Assembly (NCBI RefSeq): GCF_001564455.1
Contig: NZ_CP011391.1
Span: forward strand, 660,001-692,000
Source of the DNA: Faecalibaculum rodentium
Lineage (GTDB): Bacteria; Bacillota_I; Bacilli_A; Erysipelotrichales; Erysipelotrichaceae
Length of the DNA: 32,000 nucleotides
Direction: 5' to 3'
The notes below the pieces were generated by a model. That model was not told the DNA's origin, searched no databases, and saw nothing but the letters and a program-made list of their open reading frames with translations. Below, in pieces: positions 24,421-32,000 of the stretch (the first letter of the stretch is position 1; each line of letters begins with the position of its first letter). A program made the translations under genes and the position numbers.

Positions 24421-25301
24421 AAAAACTCGCATTCGTGACCGACTCCGGTTCCGGATTCTCCACAGAATACTGGTCCCGGGAAGGTATTTACTCTGTCCCT
24501 TTGCAGCTGGACATCGATGGCACGACCGCCGGGGACTATGAAACCGTGCAGCCGTCTGATATCGTGGAGAATCTGAAGAAGCAGATCCCCATGAAGACCT
24601 CCCTTCCAAGCCTCGGGGCCATCGAGGATCTCTTCGAAGACCTGAAAGCCAGAGGCTATGACGGTGTGTTCTGTGTCCCCATCTGCCGGGGGCTGTCGGG
24701 CACTCTCAACGCGATGGAACTTGCTGCCCGCAACCAGGATCTGGAATTCACGGGATTCGACACAGGCAGCACGGCGGTTCTGCAGGCTTACTGCATCCGA
24801 AAGGCAAAAAAGCTGTATGAAGAAGGGAAGGACATTCCGGACATCCTTGCGTTCCTGGACAAAGTCTGTGAAAAAGCCGACACCATTCTCCTGGTGGATG
24901 ATCTGCAGCACATGAAGCGCGGCGGCCGTCTCACCGCCGCTGCGGCTCTGCTGGGCGGGCTGCTGAAAATCAAGCCTGTTCTGCACGTCAACTGCCAGAC
25001 AGACGGAAAAGTGGATGTCCTGGGCAAAGTCCGGACTGTGTCCAAAGCCCAGGGGTTCGTCATTGACCGCCTGAAATCCCTCGGTGCCGGACCGGGATGG
25101 GACATCACGATTGCCCATGTCGGGGTTCCTGAACCCGCCGAAGCGTATGCGCAGAGGATCCGCGAGGCCATTCCGGGGATCACCACCCGCATCATTGACC
25201 TGGTCAGTGCGGTGGCTGTCCACACTGGCCTTGGCTGCCTGGCGGTGCAGGCCTTCGATCCCCAGGGCCAGCCCATCGAATACGACCTGACACAGGCCTA
25301 G
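24417..25301 (+). CDS. DegV family fatty-acid-binding protein (FakB-like), copy 2
   Basis: MKKLAFVTDSGSGF..., LSGTLN, HMKRGGRL. ATGA overlap with copy 1. Confidence 0.9.
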   Translation: MKKLAFVTDSGSGFSTEYWSREGIYSVPLQLDIDGTTAGDYETVQPSDIVENLKKQIPMKTSLPSLGAIEDLFEDLKARGYDGVFCVPICRGLSGTLNAMELAARNQDLEFTGFDTGSTAVLQAYCIRKAKKLYEEGKDIPDILAFLDKVCEKADTILLVDDLQHMKRGGRLTAAAALLGGLLKIKPVLHVNCQTDGKVDVLGKVRTVSKAQGFVIDRLKSLGAGPGWDITIAHVGVPEPAEAYAQRIREAIPGITTRIIDLVSAVAVHTGLGCLAVQAFDPQGQPIEYDLTQA

Positions 25302-25327
25302 ACAATACAGCTGAACCAAAAGAAAAA

Positions 25328-25360
25328 GGAGCTTCCGTCAGCATGCGGAGGCTCCTTTGT
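25328..25360 (+). terminator. Terminator after the degV pair
   Basis: GGAGCTTCCG-tcagcatg-CGGAGGCTCC then TTTGT; an A-run lies on the other side. Confidence 0.65.
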
Positions 25361-25399
25361 GCTGGTGTGCCGAAGGCAGGGGAAATAGGCGTCAGTGCA

Positions 25400-25422
25400 G
25401 AAAAAAGCGGAGCCGCAGCCCC
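25400..25422 (-). terminator. Weak candidate terminator after the MFS gene
   Basis: On the minus strand, a short GC stem GGGGC-tgcg-GCTCC is followed by GCTTTTTT. Confidence 0.35.
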
Positions 25423-25457
25423 GTCTTATCTGATATTGTATTGATTCGCTGCAGCTG

Positions 25458-26696
25458 TCAGTCGTTTTCCATGCGGGATGCCTTTGCAAAGAGGAAGAAC
25501 CCCAGCAGGAACAGAATCGAGATGCAGGCCACACCGAAGGACTGGTTGCCTGTTGCCTGAGTGACAATACCCACCACCAGCAGTCCCAGGAAGCTTGCGC
25601 CCTTGCCGCAGATGTCAAACAGACCGAAGTACTCTCCGGAGCGCTCCTCCGGGATGATCTTGGCGAAGTAGCTCCGGGACAGCGCCTGGATGCCTCCCTG
25701 GAAACAGCCGACACAGAATGCCAGGAACCAGAACTCCCAGAGTTGATCGAGCTGCACTGCGAAGCACGCAATCAGGAAGTAGGCAATGATGCAGATCTTG
25801 ATGAGCTTCGCCGTATCCTTTTTCTTCGAGAGCACCGCAAAGATCAGACTGGCCGGGAATGCCACGACCTGTGTCAGGAGCAGTGCCAGCAGCAGACCTG
25901 TTGTGTCCAGCCCCAGACTGGCCCCGTAGGCTGTTGCCATGTCGATGATGGTGTATACGCCATCGATATAGAAGAAAAAGGAAAGCAGGAATATGAAGAT
26001 CTTCCTGTGGTCCTTCACACTGCTCAGGGTGTGGCCCAGACGTGCGAAGGAATCGGAAATGATGTGCCGTTCCGGCTTGATGGAAGACTTCTGTCTGTAT
26101 CCTCTCAGCAGCGGCAGCGTGAACAGGATCCACCATGCGGCGTTGAGCAGGAACGTGATGATCATGGCTGTGTGCATCGTGATGCCGATCTTGTCGTAAA
26201 GCAGCACAAACACCAGAGAGATAAGGAACGGGATCACACTGCCGATGTAGCCCCAGGCATAGCCTTTGGTGGAAACGGCATCCATCCGCTCGGGAGTGGT
26301 GACATCCACGAGCATGGAGTCATACACGACCAGGGACAGGCTGTAGCAGACCTTGCCGGCTATGTACAGCACCAGGAAGGAAAGCCAGGAGCCCGGCATC
26401 CAGAAGCAGGCCAGGGCCAGGGCCCCAAGCAGGGCAGACCCCAGGAAGATTTTCTTCTTGTTGCCCTCGAAATCCGCAAGGGTTCCCAGGACCGGTCCGG
26501 CGAAGGCCACGATCAGCGTGGAAATGCTGGTGGCGTAGGACCAGTAGGAAAGGTAAGTGGATTCGGCCAGGCCCGCGGACGTGGCCAGAGAATTGAAATA
26601 AATCGGCAGTATGGTGGATACCAGCAGGATGAATGCGGAGTTGCCAATGTCATAGCAGACCCACTGCAGTTCCCTGCGTGTCAGTTTTGTATTCAT
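25458..26696 (-). CDS. MFS transporter, UMF1/Atg22-like family
   Basis: 412 aa, about 12 TM. The N-terminus RRELQWVCYDIGNSAFILLVSTILPIYF is typical of the UMF1 family. Confidence 0.8.
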   Translation of the reverse strand: MNTKLTRRELQWVCYDIGNSAFILLVSTILPIYFNSLATSAGLAESTYLSYWSYATSISTLIVAFAGPVLGTLADFEGNKKKIFLGSALLGALALACFWMPGSWLSFLVLYIAGKVCYSLSLVVYDSMLVDVTTPERMDAVSTKGYAWGYIGSVIPFLISLVFVLLYDKIGITMHTAMIITFLLNAAWWILFTLPLLRGYRQKSSIKPERHIISDSFARLGHTLSSVKDHRKIFIFLLSFFFYIDGVYTIIDMATAYGASLGLDTTGLLLALLLTQVVAFPASLIFAVLSKKKDTAKLIKICIIAYFLIACFAVQLDQLWEFWFLAFCVGCFQGGIQALSRSYFAKIIPEERSGEYFGLFDICGKGASFLGLLVVGIVTQATGNQSFGVACISILFLLGFFLFAKASRMEND

Positions 26697-26860
26697 GCGC
26701 TTTCACCTTCTTGTCCTTGTCGGTTTGAGTGTAACACGGTTCGACAGGCTGCCATCGGAGCGGGGAACACAAAAAGACCACAATGCGGCAGGAAAGCGGT
26801 TAGATGGGATGAGAGTGGTACCACTGTCACCCACTGTTGCCGAAAGGAGGCAGTCTGTGG

Positions 26861-26889
26861 TTGAAGCGGAGGGCTTGTTCATGTATGAT
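26861..26889 (+). promoter_or_regulatory. Candidate promoter of the rpsF-ssb-rpsR operon
   Basis: TTGAAG (26861-26866), 17-nt spacer, TATGAT (26884-26889). Confidence 0.4.
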
Positions 26890-26963
26890 AATCAGGCAAG
26901 TTTATGTGCTTGCTCTCTGTCTTTCATGAAAGAAAGACCAAAGACCAAAGGGAGGTGTACCAA

Positions 26964-27257
26964 GTGAAAAAGTACGAAATCATGTATATCGTGAATGCGA
27001 ACGTGGATGATGCTGCATTTGATGCCCTGGAAAAGCGTCTGTATGCTCCCATCACCGAGAACGGCGGTTCCATTGACAAAATCGACAACTGGGGCCTGCG
27101 TGAATTCGCCTACGAGATCGACCACATGAAAAAAGGACACTATGTTGTAGTGAACGTGACTGCAAACAATGCAGGAATCGAGGAATTCGAGCGTCTGAGC
27201 CGGATCAACCCGAACGTCATCCGCACCATGGTGATCAAGACAGAAGACGAAGAGTAA
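26964..27257 (+). CDS. rpsF: 30S ribosomal protein S6
   Basis: (V)KKYEIMYIVNANVDD... GTG start at 26964 with GGGAGGTG upstream; the longer ORF from 26904 is not homologous. Confidence 0.95.
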   Translation: MKKYEIMYIVNANVDDAAFDALEKRLYAPITENGGSIDKIDNWGLREFAYEIDHMKKGHYVVVNVTANNAGIEEFERLSRINPNVIRTMVIKTEDEE

Positions 27258-27260
27258 ATC

Positions 27261-27881
27261 ATGGTCAACAGCGTGGTTCTGATCGGCCGGCTGACCAAGG
27301 ATCCCGAGCTTCGCACCACGGGGTCCGGCACGCCTGTCGTATCCTTCACCCTGGCGGTCAACCGCCGGTTCAAGTCCCAGGGACAGCCCGAAGCTGATTT
27401 CATCAACTGTGTGGCATGGAACAAAACCGCCGAGACGATGGCCCGCTACCTGCACAAGGGAAGCCTGATCGCCATCACCGGCCGGATCCAGACCCGGAAC
27501 TACGAGAACCAGCAGGGGCAGCGTGTGTATGTGACTGAAGTCGTGGCCGACAGCTTCGATTTCCTGGAATCCAAGAACGCCGCAGGCGCACAGCAGGGCC
27601 AGTATGGTCAGAATTCCTACGGCCAGAACAGTTACAGCAGCCAGAACTATGGCGGCATGCAGGGACAGAATTATGGTGCCCCGGATGCAGGCCAGACCAG
27701 TTATTCAAACAATCAGGGCGGTTACGGAAACGACCGTTCTTCGGCCGGATACAGTTCGGCTTCCAGTTTCGGAGGCGGGCGCCAGGCCAACCCTTATGCA
27801 TCGCAGGCAGCTGACGATCTGTCCAGCGGGTACGGCAGTGACGAGACCCTGGACGTAAGCGCCGACGATCTTCCCTTTTAG
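27261..27881 (+). CDS. ssb: Single-stranded DNA-binding protein with a long Q/G/Y/S-rich linker
   Basis: [18 protein letters not shown]... OB fold, C-terminal acidic tip DDLPF. Confidence 0.95.
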   Translation: MVNSVVLIGRLTKDPELRTTGSGTPVVSFTLAVNRRFKSQGQPEADFINCVAWNKTAETMARYLHKGSLIAITGRIQTRNYENQQGQRVYVTEVVADSFDFLESKNAAGAQQGQYGQNSYGQNSYSSQNYGGMQGQNYGAPDAGQTSYSNNQGGYGNDRSSAGYSSASSFGGGRQANPYASQAADDLSSGYGSDETLDVSADDLPF

Positions 27882-27895
27882 AAAGGAGAACCAAC

Positions 27896-28126
27896 ATGGC
27901 ATTCAAAAAACAGCGGATGGGCCGCAAGAAGGTCTGCTACTTCACAAAGAACAAGATCAAGTCCATCGACTACAAAGATACAGAGCTGCTGAAGCGTTTC
28001 ATCAACGCCAACGGCAAAATCATTCCGCGCCGCGTGACCGGTACCCGTGCAAAATATCAGCGGATGCTGGCTACCGCCATCAAGCGCGCACGTCAGATGG
28101 CTCTGCTGCCTTACGTGGTGGACTAG
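27896..28126 (+). CDS. rpsR: 30S ribosomal protein S18
   Basis: [19 protein letters not shown]...IPRRVTGT...[12 protein letters not shown]. Confidence 0.95.
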   Translation: MAFKKQRMGRKKVCYFTKNKIKSIDYKDTELLKRFINANGKIIPRRVTGTRAKYQRMLATAIKRARQMALLPYVVD

Positions 28127-28145
28127 TCCCGAGAAGACAAACCAG

Positions 28146-28170
28146 GTCCGGAGAAATCCGGGCTTTTTTT
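28146..28170 (+). terminator. Rho-independent terminator after rpsR
   Basis: GTCCGGA-gaaa-TCCGGGC followed by TTTTTTT. Confidence 0.75.
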
Positions 28171-28416
28171 ATGGATCTGCCTTCCATGTAACAGATGAGC
28201 CGGAACATGCATCCGGCTCATTCTTCTGGCCAGACCACAGGCAGTGAGAAAAAGAGCGGGCAGAGACGGTTGCGTCATCCATCAGTGCTTCCGGCTGAAC
28301 AGACTGTCCTGGACCTTTCTGCCTTGTGCCGCCTGCCGCCGTGTCCGGCAGGCCTGTAACGGAAAACCGCCTGTTTGCGGTTTCTCGGCACTGAATTCCA
28401 TATTATAATGCTGTCC

Positions 28417-29295
28417 ATGAATACTGGAAAACACGTGCAAGTCACCACACGCAATGTCACACGGGGAGCCATGGCCGCTGCAATTTACGCACTGCTGCTG
28501 TTTTTGAACCAGCAGACGGCCCTGGGAATCGAGACAGCCATGCCCTGGCTGTTCATCTTCCCCATTTATGTATATTCCGCAGCTTCACCCCTCCAGGCAT
28601 CCTTTCCCTGTGCGCTGGCCATGATCCTGGAAACATTCCTGTTCGGGGGATTCACCACCTGGTTTTATTCCTGGACAGGCATCCTCTCCGGATTCCTGAC
28701 GGGTGCTGCCATCCGGAGGGGACTGTCCGGTCAGCTGCGGCTGGGGATCCTGTTTGTCTGTCAGTTTGTCGGCAATCTGTTCACGATGTTTCTCTGGGCG
28801 GGAATTTTTGGCATGGACATCACGGAAGATTTTGCGATGATCCGGGGATTCATTCCCTGGCTGGACATGAAGGTGTTCATCGTGATTTTCTGCGCCGTGC
28901 TGTCGGTCATGACAGCGGTCTGTGTGAATCTGCTGGGCGCCGCACTCCTGCAGCGGCTGCACATTCCATGCCCTCCCATCACCCCGGTCTCCCGGATCCG
29001 GCCAAACCGGACACTGGTCTGGCTCTCCATTGCCTCCGTGATCCTGTTTGTCGTTTGCCCGAGTGTGATAGTATGGAAAGAAGAGGCCAGAAACTGGCTC
29101 CTTCCTGCGGTGATGTGCGCCATGATGTACCTGGACTATCTGGGATGCGTGCGCTTCCTGCAGAAATGTGTGGCTACAGGTCACCGGAGCTGGGCTCCCG
29201 TGGCCGTGATCGGCGCCTTTGTGCCCGGACTCCAGCTGCTCTGGGTGATCCAGGGCATGCTGTGGGGGCTGCAGAAACCGGGCGTGAATGCCTGA
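28417..29295 (+). CDS. YybS-like (DUF2232) polytopic membrane protein; start uncertain
   Basis: Multi-TM protein in the conserved position between rpsR and gdpP, as B. subtilis yybS. Candidate starts are ATG 28408, ATG 28417 and ATG 28471; none has a good RBS. Confidence 0.6.
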   Translation: MNTGKHVQVTTRNVTRGAMAAAIYALLLFLNQQTALGIETAMPWLFIFPIYVYSAASPLQASFPCALAMILETFLFGGFTTWFYSWTGILSGFLTGAAIRRGLSGQLRLGILFVCQFVGNLFTMFLWAGIFGMDITEDFAMIRGFIPWLDMKVFIVIFCAVLSVMTAVCVNLLGAALLQRLHIPCPPITPVSRIRPNRTLVWLSIASVILFVVCPSVIVWKEEARNWLLPAVMCAMMYLDYLGCVRFLQKCVATGHRSWAPVAVIGAFVPGLQLLWVIQGMLWGLQKPGVNA

Positions 29296-29307
29296 CAGAG
29301 GGATTTT

Positions 29308-31275
29308 ATGAAATATTACACCAAGTGGCGGGACGGCTTTTTCACCGCTTCCGCTCTGGCGGCGGCACTGGCCGTGTTCCTTATATATCAGAAGCTGTAT
29401 GTGTCGGCGGGGGTGGTCCTGCTCGTGGCTGCCGTGTTCCTGGGCTGTTTTCTGGGGTTCTGGAAGGAACTGCGGAAACGGGGCGTGCAGACAGAAATCG
29501 ACATCACGCGGGTACTGGGCAAGGACGCCAAGGATGCCCTGCGCTTCGGCAATATCGGTATCCTGACCTACAACGACGAATTCGTATGCACCTGGGAGTC
29601 CGATTTCTTCACTGACCGGAAAATCAACCTGGTGAACCGGAAACTGACTGCCTGGATGGACAACATCCGGGACCTGGTGGACGAGGAAGTCGATACAGTG
29701 ACCGGCGAGGCGGATGGCCGGATCTACGAAGTCAGCCGCAAGCAGGACGGGCAGCTGCTCTATGTGCAGGATGTCACGGAACTCTCCACGCTGCGCCGCA
29801 AGCTTCATGACCGGCAGGTGGTGGTGGGTCTCATGCAGCTGGACAACTACCTGGAATATCAGTCCTATGAAAACGAGGATATCCTTGCCGCCATCAACAC
29901 TCAGCTGCGCGGACCCCTGGTCACCTGGGCCAAGGACAACGGCATGCTGCTGCGGCGGGTGCGGGCAGACCGGATTTTTGTGGTCTGTGACCGCAAGATC
30001 CTGCGGAAGGTGCGCCGGAACAACCTGAGCATCCTGCAGGAAGTCAAGGACAAGGCCAGGGCCATGGATGTATCCATCACCCTGTCCATGGCCTTCGCCT
30101 ATGGAACGAGACACTTCACGGAACTGGACAACATGCTCAATGACCTCATCGAGCTGGCGCAGAGCCGAGGGGGAGACCAGTGTGCAATCCAGGAAGCAGG
30201 GAAGGAAATCGAGTACATCGGCGGAAACTCCGAGTCCAGTTCCCAGCGGTCCAAGGTCCGCGTGCGGATCATGGCCAATGCCATTTCCGATGCGATCCGG
30301 GACTCCGGATCCGTCTACATTGCCGGACATGTCAATACGGATTATGACTGCATGGGGGCAGCCATGGCTGTCTCCAACTGGGTGCGATCCCAGGGAAAGC
30401 AGGCCTTCATTGTCCTGAAGGACATTCCCAGGGACCGGCAGCTGCAGGAAACCATGGACCGGTACGCGAAAAGTATAACGGAACGGGATGTGTTCCTGAC
30501 CCCGGAAGAGGCCCGGGAGCGGATGGACATGGAAAAGGACCTGCTGGTCATGGTGGACCACTCCGTGCCGGAAATCTCCAGTGCCAGGGACTTCCTGGAA
30601 GAGGCAGGCCGCATTGCGGTGATCGACCATCACCGCCGGGGGGATTCCTTTGTGAAAAACCCCATGATCACGTATGTGGAGTCGCAGTCATCCAGCACGG
30701 CGGAGCTTGTGACGGAACTGCTGCAGAACATTCCGCGGCATGTACCGATTTTCGAGGCGGAAGCCACGATCATGTACCTGGGACTGCTGGTGGACACCAA
30801 CCGGTTCAAGATGCATACATCGGCCCGCACCTTCGAAACCGCGGCCGTGCTGCGGTCCTGGGGGGCCAATGTCCAGGAGGCGGAGGAAGCCCTGACAGAG
30901 GATATGGATCTCTATCTGGAAAAGGCGCAGCTGGTATCCGGAGCCGAACAGTATCTGGACAAGTACATGATCGCCGTGGCTAGCCAGCCTACGGACCGCA
31001 CCATGATTTCTCAGACCTCGGATGCCATGCTCAAGATCCGCGGCATCGAGGCCAGCTTCACCATTGCACCCGATCCGGATGAACCGTCCACATCCCGGAT
31101 TTCCGCCCGAAGCATCGGCCGGGTGAACGTGCAGCGGATCATGGAAAAAATGGGCGGAGGCGGCCACTTTGCCGCAGCTGCCTGCCAGCTGGACAACACC
31201 ACTGTCCAGCAGGCAAAAGAACAGTTGATGAAAACGATAGAGGAGGATACAGACCATGAAAGTGATCCTGCTTAA
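29308..31275 (+). CDS. gdpP: Cyclic-di-AMP phosphodiesterase GdpP (YybT)
   Basis: Two N-terminal TM helices, a PAS-like region, a degenerate GGDEF region (RGGDQ), DHH motif (VIDHHRRG) and DHHA1 motif (GGGGH). Synteny with rplI and dnaB. Confidence 0.9.
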   Translation: MKYYTKWRDGFFTASALAAALAVFLIYQKLYVSAGVVLLVAAVFLGCFLGFWKELRKRGVQTEIDITRVLGKDAKDALRFGNIGILTYNDEFVCTWESDFFTDRKINLVNRKLTAWMDNIRDLVDEEVDTVTGEADGRIYEVSRKQDGQLLYVQDVTELSTLRRKLHDRQVVVGLMQLDNYLEYQSYENEDILAAINTQLRGPLVTWAKDNGMLLRRVRADRIFVVCDRKILRKVRRNNLSILQEVKDKARAMDVSITLSMAFAYGTRHFTELDNMLNDLIELAQSRGGDQCAIQEAGKEIEYIGGNSESSSQRSKVRVRIMANAISDAIRDSGSVYIAGHVNTDYDCMGAAMAVSNWVRSQGKQAFIVLKDIPRDRQLQETMDRYAKSITERDVFLTPEEARERMDMEKDLLVMVDHSVPEISSARDFLEEAGRIAVIDHHRRGDSFVKNPMITYVESQSSSTAELVTELLQNIPRHVPIFEAEATIMYLGLLVDTNRFKMHTSARTFETAAVLRSWGANVQEAEEALTEDMDLYLEKAQLVSGAEQYLDKYMIAVASQPTDRTMISQTSDAMLKIRGIEASFTIAPDPDEPSTSRISARSIGRVNVQRIMEKMGGGGHFAAAACQLDNTTVQQAKEQLMKTIEEDTDHESDPA

Positions 31276-31705
31276 GGATGTAAAAAAAGTCGGCAAGGCC
31301 GACGAGCTGAAGGAAGTCAGCGATGGCTATGCACGCAACTTCCTGATTCCGAAGGGACTGGCCATGGCGGCCAGCCCGGCAAACCTCAAAGCCTACGAAC
31401 AGGAAATGCAGAAACGCGCTGCCAATGAAGCCGAACTGAAAAAGCAGGCAGAGAAAACCGCAGAGGAACTCAAGGGTGTGACGCTGGAGTTCCAGCTCTC
31501 GCAGGGAGCAGGCGGCCATGTCTTCGGGACCATTTCCTCGAAACAGATCGCCGTGGCCCTTGCACAGAAGGGCTTCCCGGTGGAAAAGCGCAAGATCATG
31601 ATGACCGACCCCGTGGATTCCCTGGGAACCACGAAGGTGAAGATCGACCTGTATCACGGCCAGGTCATCGGTGAAGTGGACGTGCACGTCAGCGCAAAGA
31701 ACTAA
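31256..31705 (+). CDS. rplI: 50S ribosomal protein L9
   Basis: [36 protein letters not shown]. Overlaps the gdpP 3' end by 20 nt. Confidence 0.95.
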   Translation: MKVILLKDVKKVGKADELKEVSDGYARNFLIPKGLAMAASPANLKAYEQEMQKRAANEAELKKQAEKTAEELKGVTLEFQLSQGAGGHVFGTISSKQIAVALAQKGFPVEKRKIMMTDPVDSLGTTKVKIDLYHGQVIGEVDVHVSAKN

Positions 31706-32000
31706 TGGCAGACAGAATGCCCAACGCCCAGGTCATGGAACAGTCCCTCCTGGGCTCTTTGCTTGTGTATCCAAGCGTCATGACCGACTGCCAGGACCTG
31801 GGACTGCAGCCGGAGGAATTCTACATCCCCGGACACCAGACGCTGTATGCGGCGATGCAGGACCTGGATGCCACAGGCAAGGCACTGGATCTCAACAGCG
31901 TGGCTCTGCGCCTGCAGGAAAAGGGACAGCTGGAGGCCGCCGGCGGGCTGGACTACATCATTGCCCTGGTGGATGGTGCCGTGAGCAGCGCCGGGGTGAA
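31705..32000 (+). CDS. dnaB: Replicative DNA helicase (DnaB family), N-terminal part, truncated by the window end
   Basis: The ATG at 31705 overlaps the rplI TAA (TAATG). The translation [26 protein letters not shown]...GLDYIIALVDG matches the DnaB N-terminal domain, with conserved synteny. It is absent from the ORF track because there is no stop in the window. Confidence 0.85.
   Translation, partial: MADRMPNAQVMEQSLLGSLLVYPSVMTDCQDLGLQPEEFYIPGHQTLYAAMQDLDATGKALDLNSVALRLQEKGQLEAAGGLDYIIALVDGAVSSAGV

Noticed and set aside
25743-26864. 373-aa ORF antisense to the MFS transporter
   Set aside because: Shadow ORF with Gly/Asp/His/Gln-rich nonsense composition. The minus strand encodes a well-formed 12-TM protein.
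28171-28416. c-di-AMP (ydaO/kimA-type) riboswitch upstream of the gdpP operon
   Set aside because: The idea is attractive, but I could not recognise the pseudo-symmetric conserved ACGGGGA/CCCGAA-type cores in the right arrangement. Only generic hairpins are visible. It is left as a structured-spacer observation.
28275-28472. 65-aa minus-strand ORF in the rpsR/yybS spacer
   Set aside because: It has no RBS and an Arg/Cys/Thr-rich composition. It overlaps the start region of the + strand membrane protein gene and the GC-rich hairpins, so it is likely spurious.
28585-30633. 682-aa ORF antisense to gdpP and the yybS-like gene
   Set aside because: Shadow ORF. The + strand proteins carry DHH/DHHA1 motifs and conserved synteny.
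1-32000. CRISPR arrays, rRNA/tRNA genes, IS elements/transposases, toxin-antitoxin pairs, prophage genes
   Set aside because: No regularly spaced direct repeats with unique spacers, no tRNA-like cloverleaf apart from the tmRNA 3' domain, and no transposase, integrase or small paired ORFs were found on either strand.

Overview
GC-rich Bacillota-type chromosomal window, mostly conserved housekeeping genes with a few accessory insertions. In order: the 3' end of an Ala/Lys/Asp-rich helical protein; a complete group II intron (320-2291) inserted just behind that gene's terminator; convergent ssrA (tmRNA, 2455-2817, minus) with smpB; a PurF-like amidophosphoribosyltransferase paralog; a bcp / flavin-reductase-like / ketopantoate-reductase-family operon, whose terminator is followed by a second, diverged group II intron (7316-9224); a minus-strand sialic acid catabolic cluster (nanA, Na+/solute symporter, YhcH/NanQ-like, ROK kinase, RpiR regulator, SGNH hydrolase); a small membrane protein; pfkA-pyk; a DUF3284-like gene; a MacB/FtsX-type ABC pair whose 1134-aa permease carries a ~345-aa coiled-coil insertion; two tandem DegV genes; an MFS (UMF1/Atg22-like) transporter; and the conserved rpsF-ssb-rpsR-yybS-like-gdpP-rplI-dnaB block. 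I found no CRISPR array, rRNA, tRNA, transposase or prophage gene, and no convincing novel multi-gene system. The most notable items are the two terminator-homing (class C-like) group II introns, the coiled-coil ABC permease, the PurF paralog lacking the N-terminal Cys nucleophile, and repeated GAAA-N4-TTTC palindromes in the nan promoter region. All calls rest on reading the sequence and ORF translations by eye; no searches or folding programs were run.
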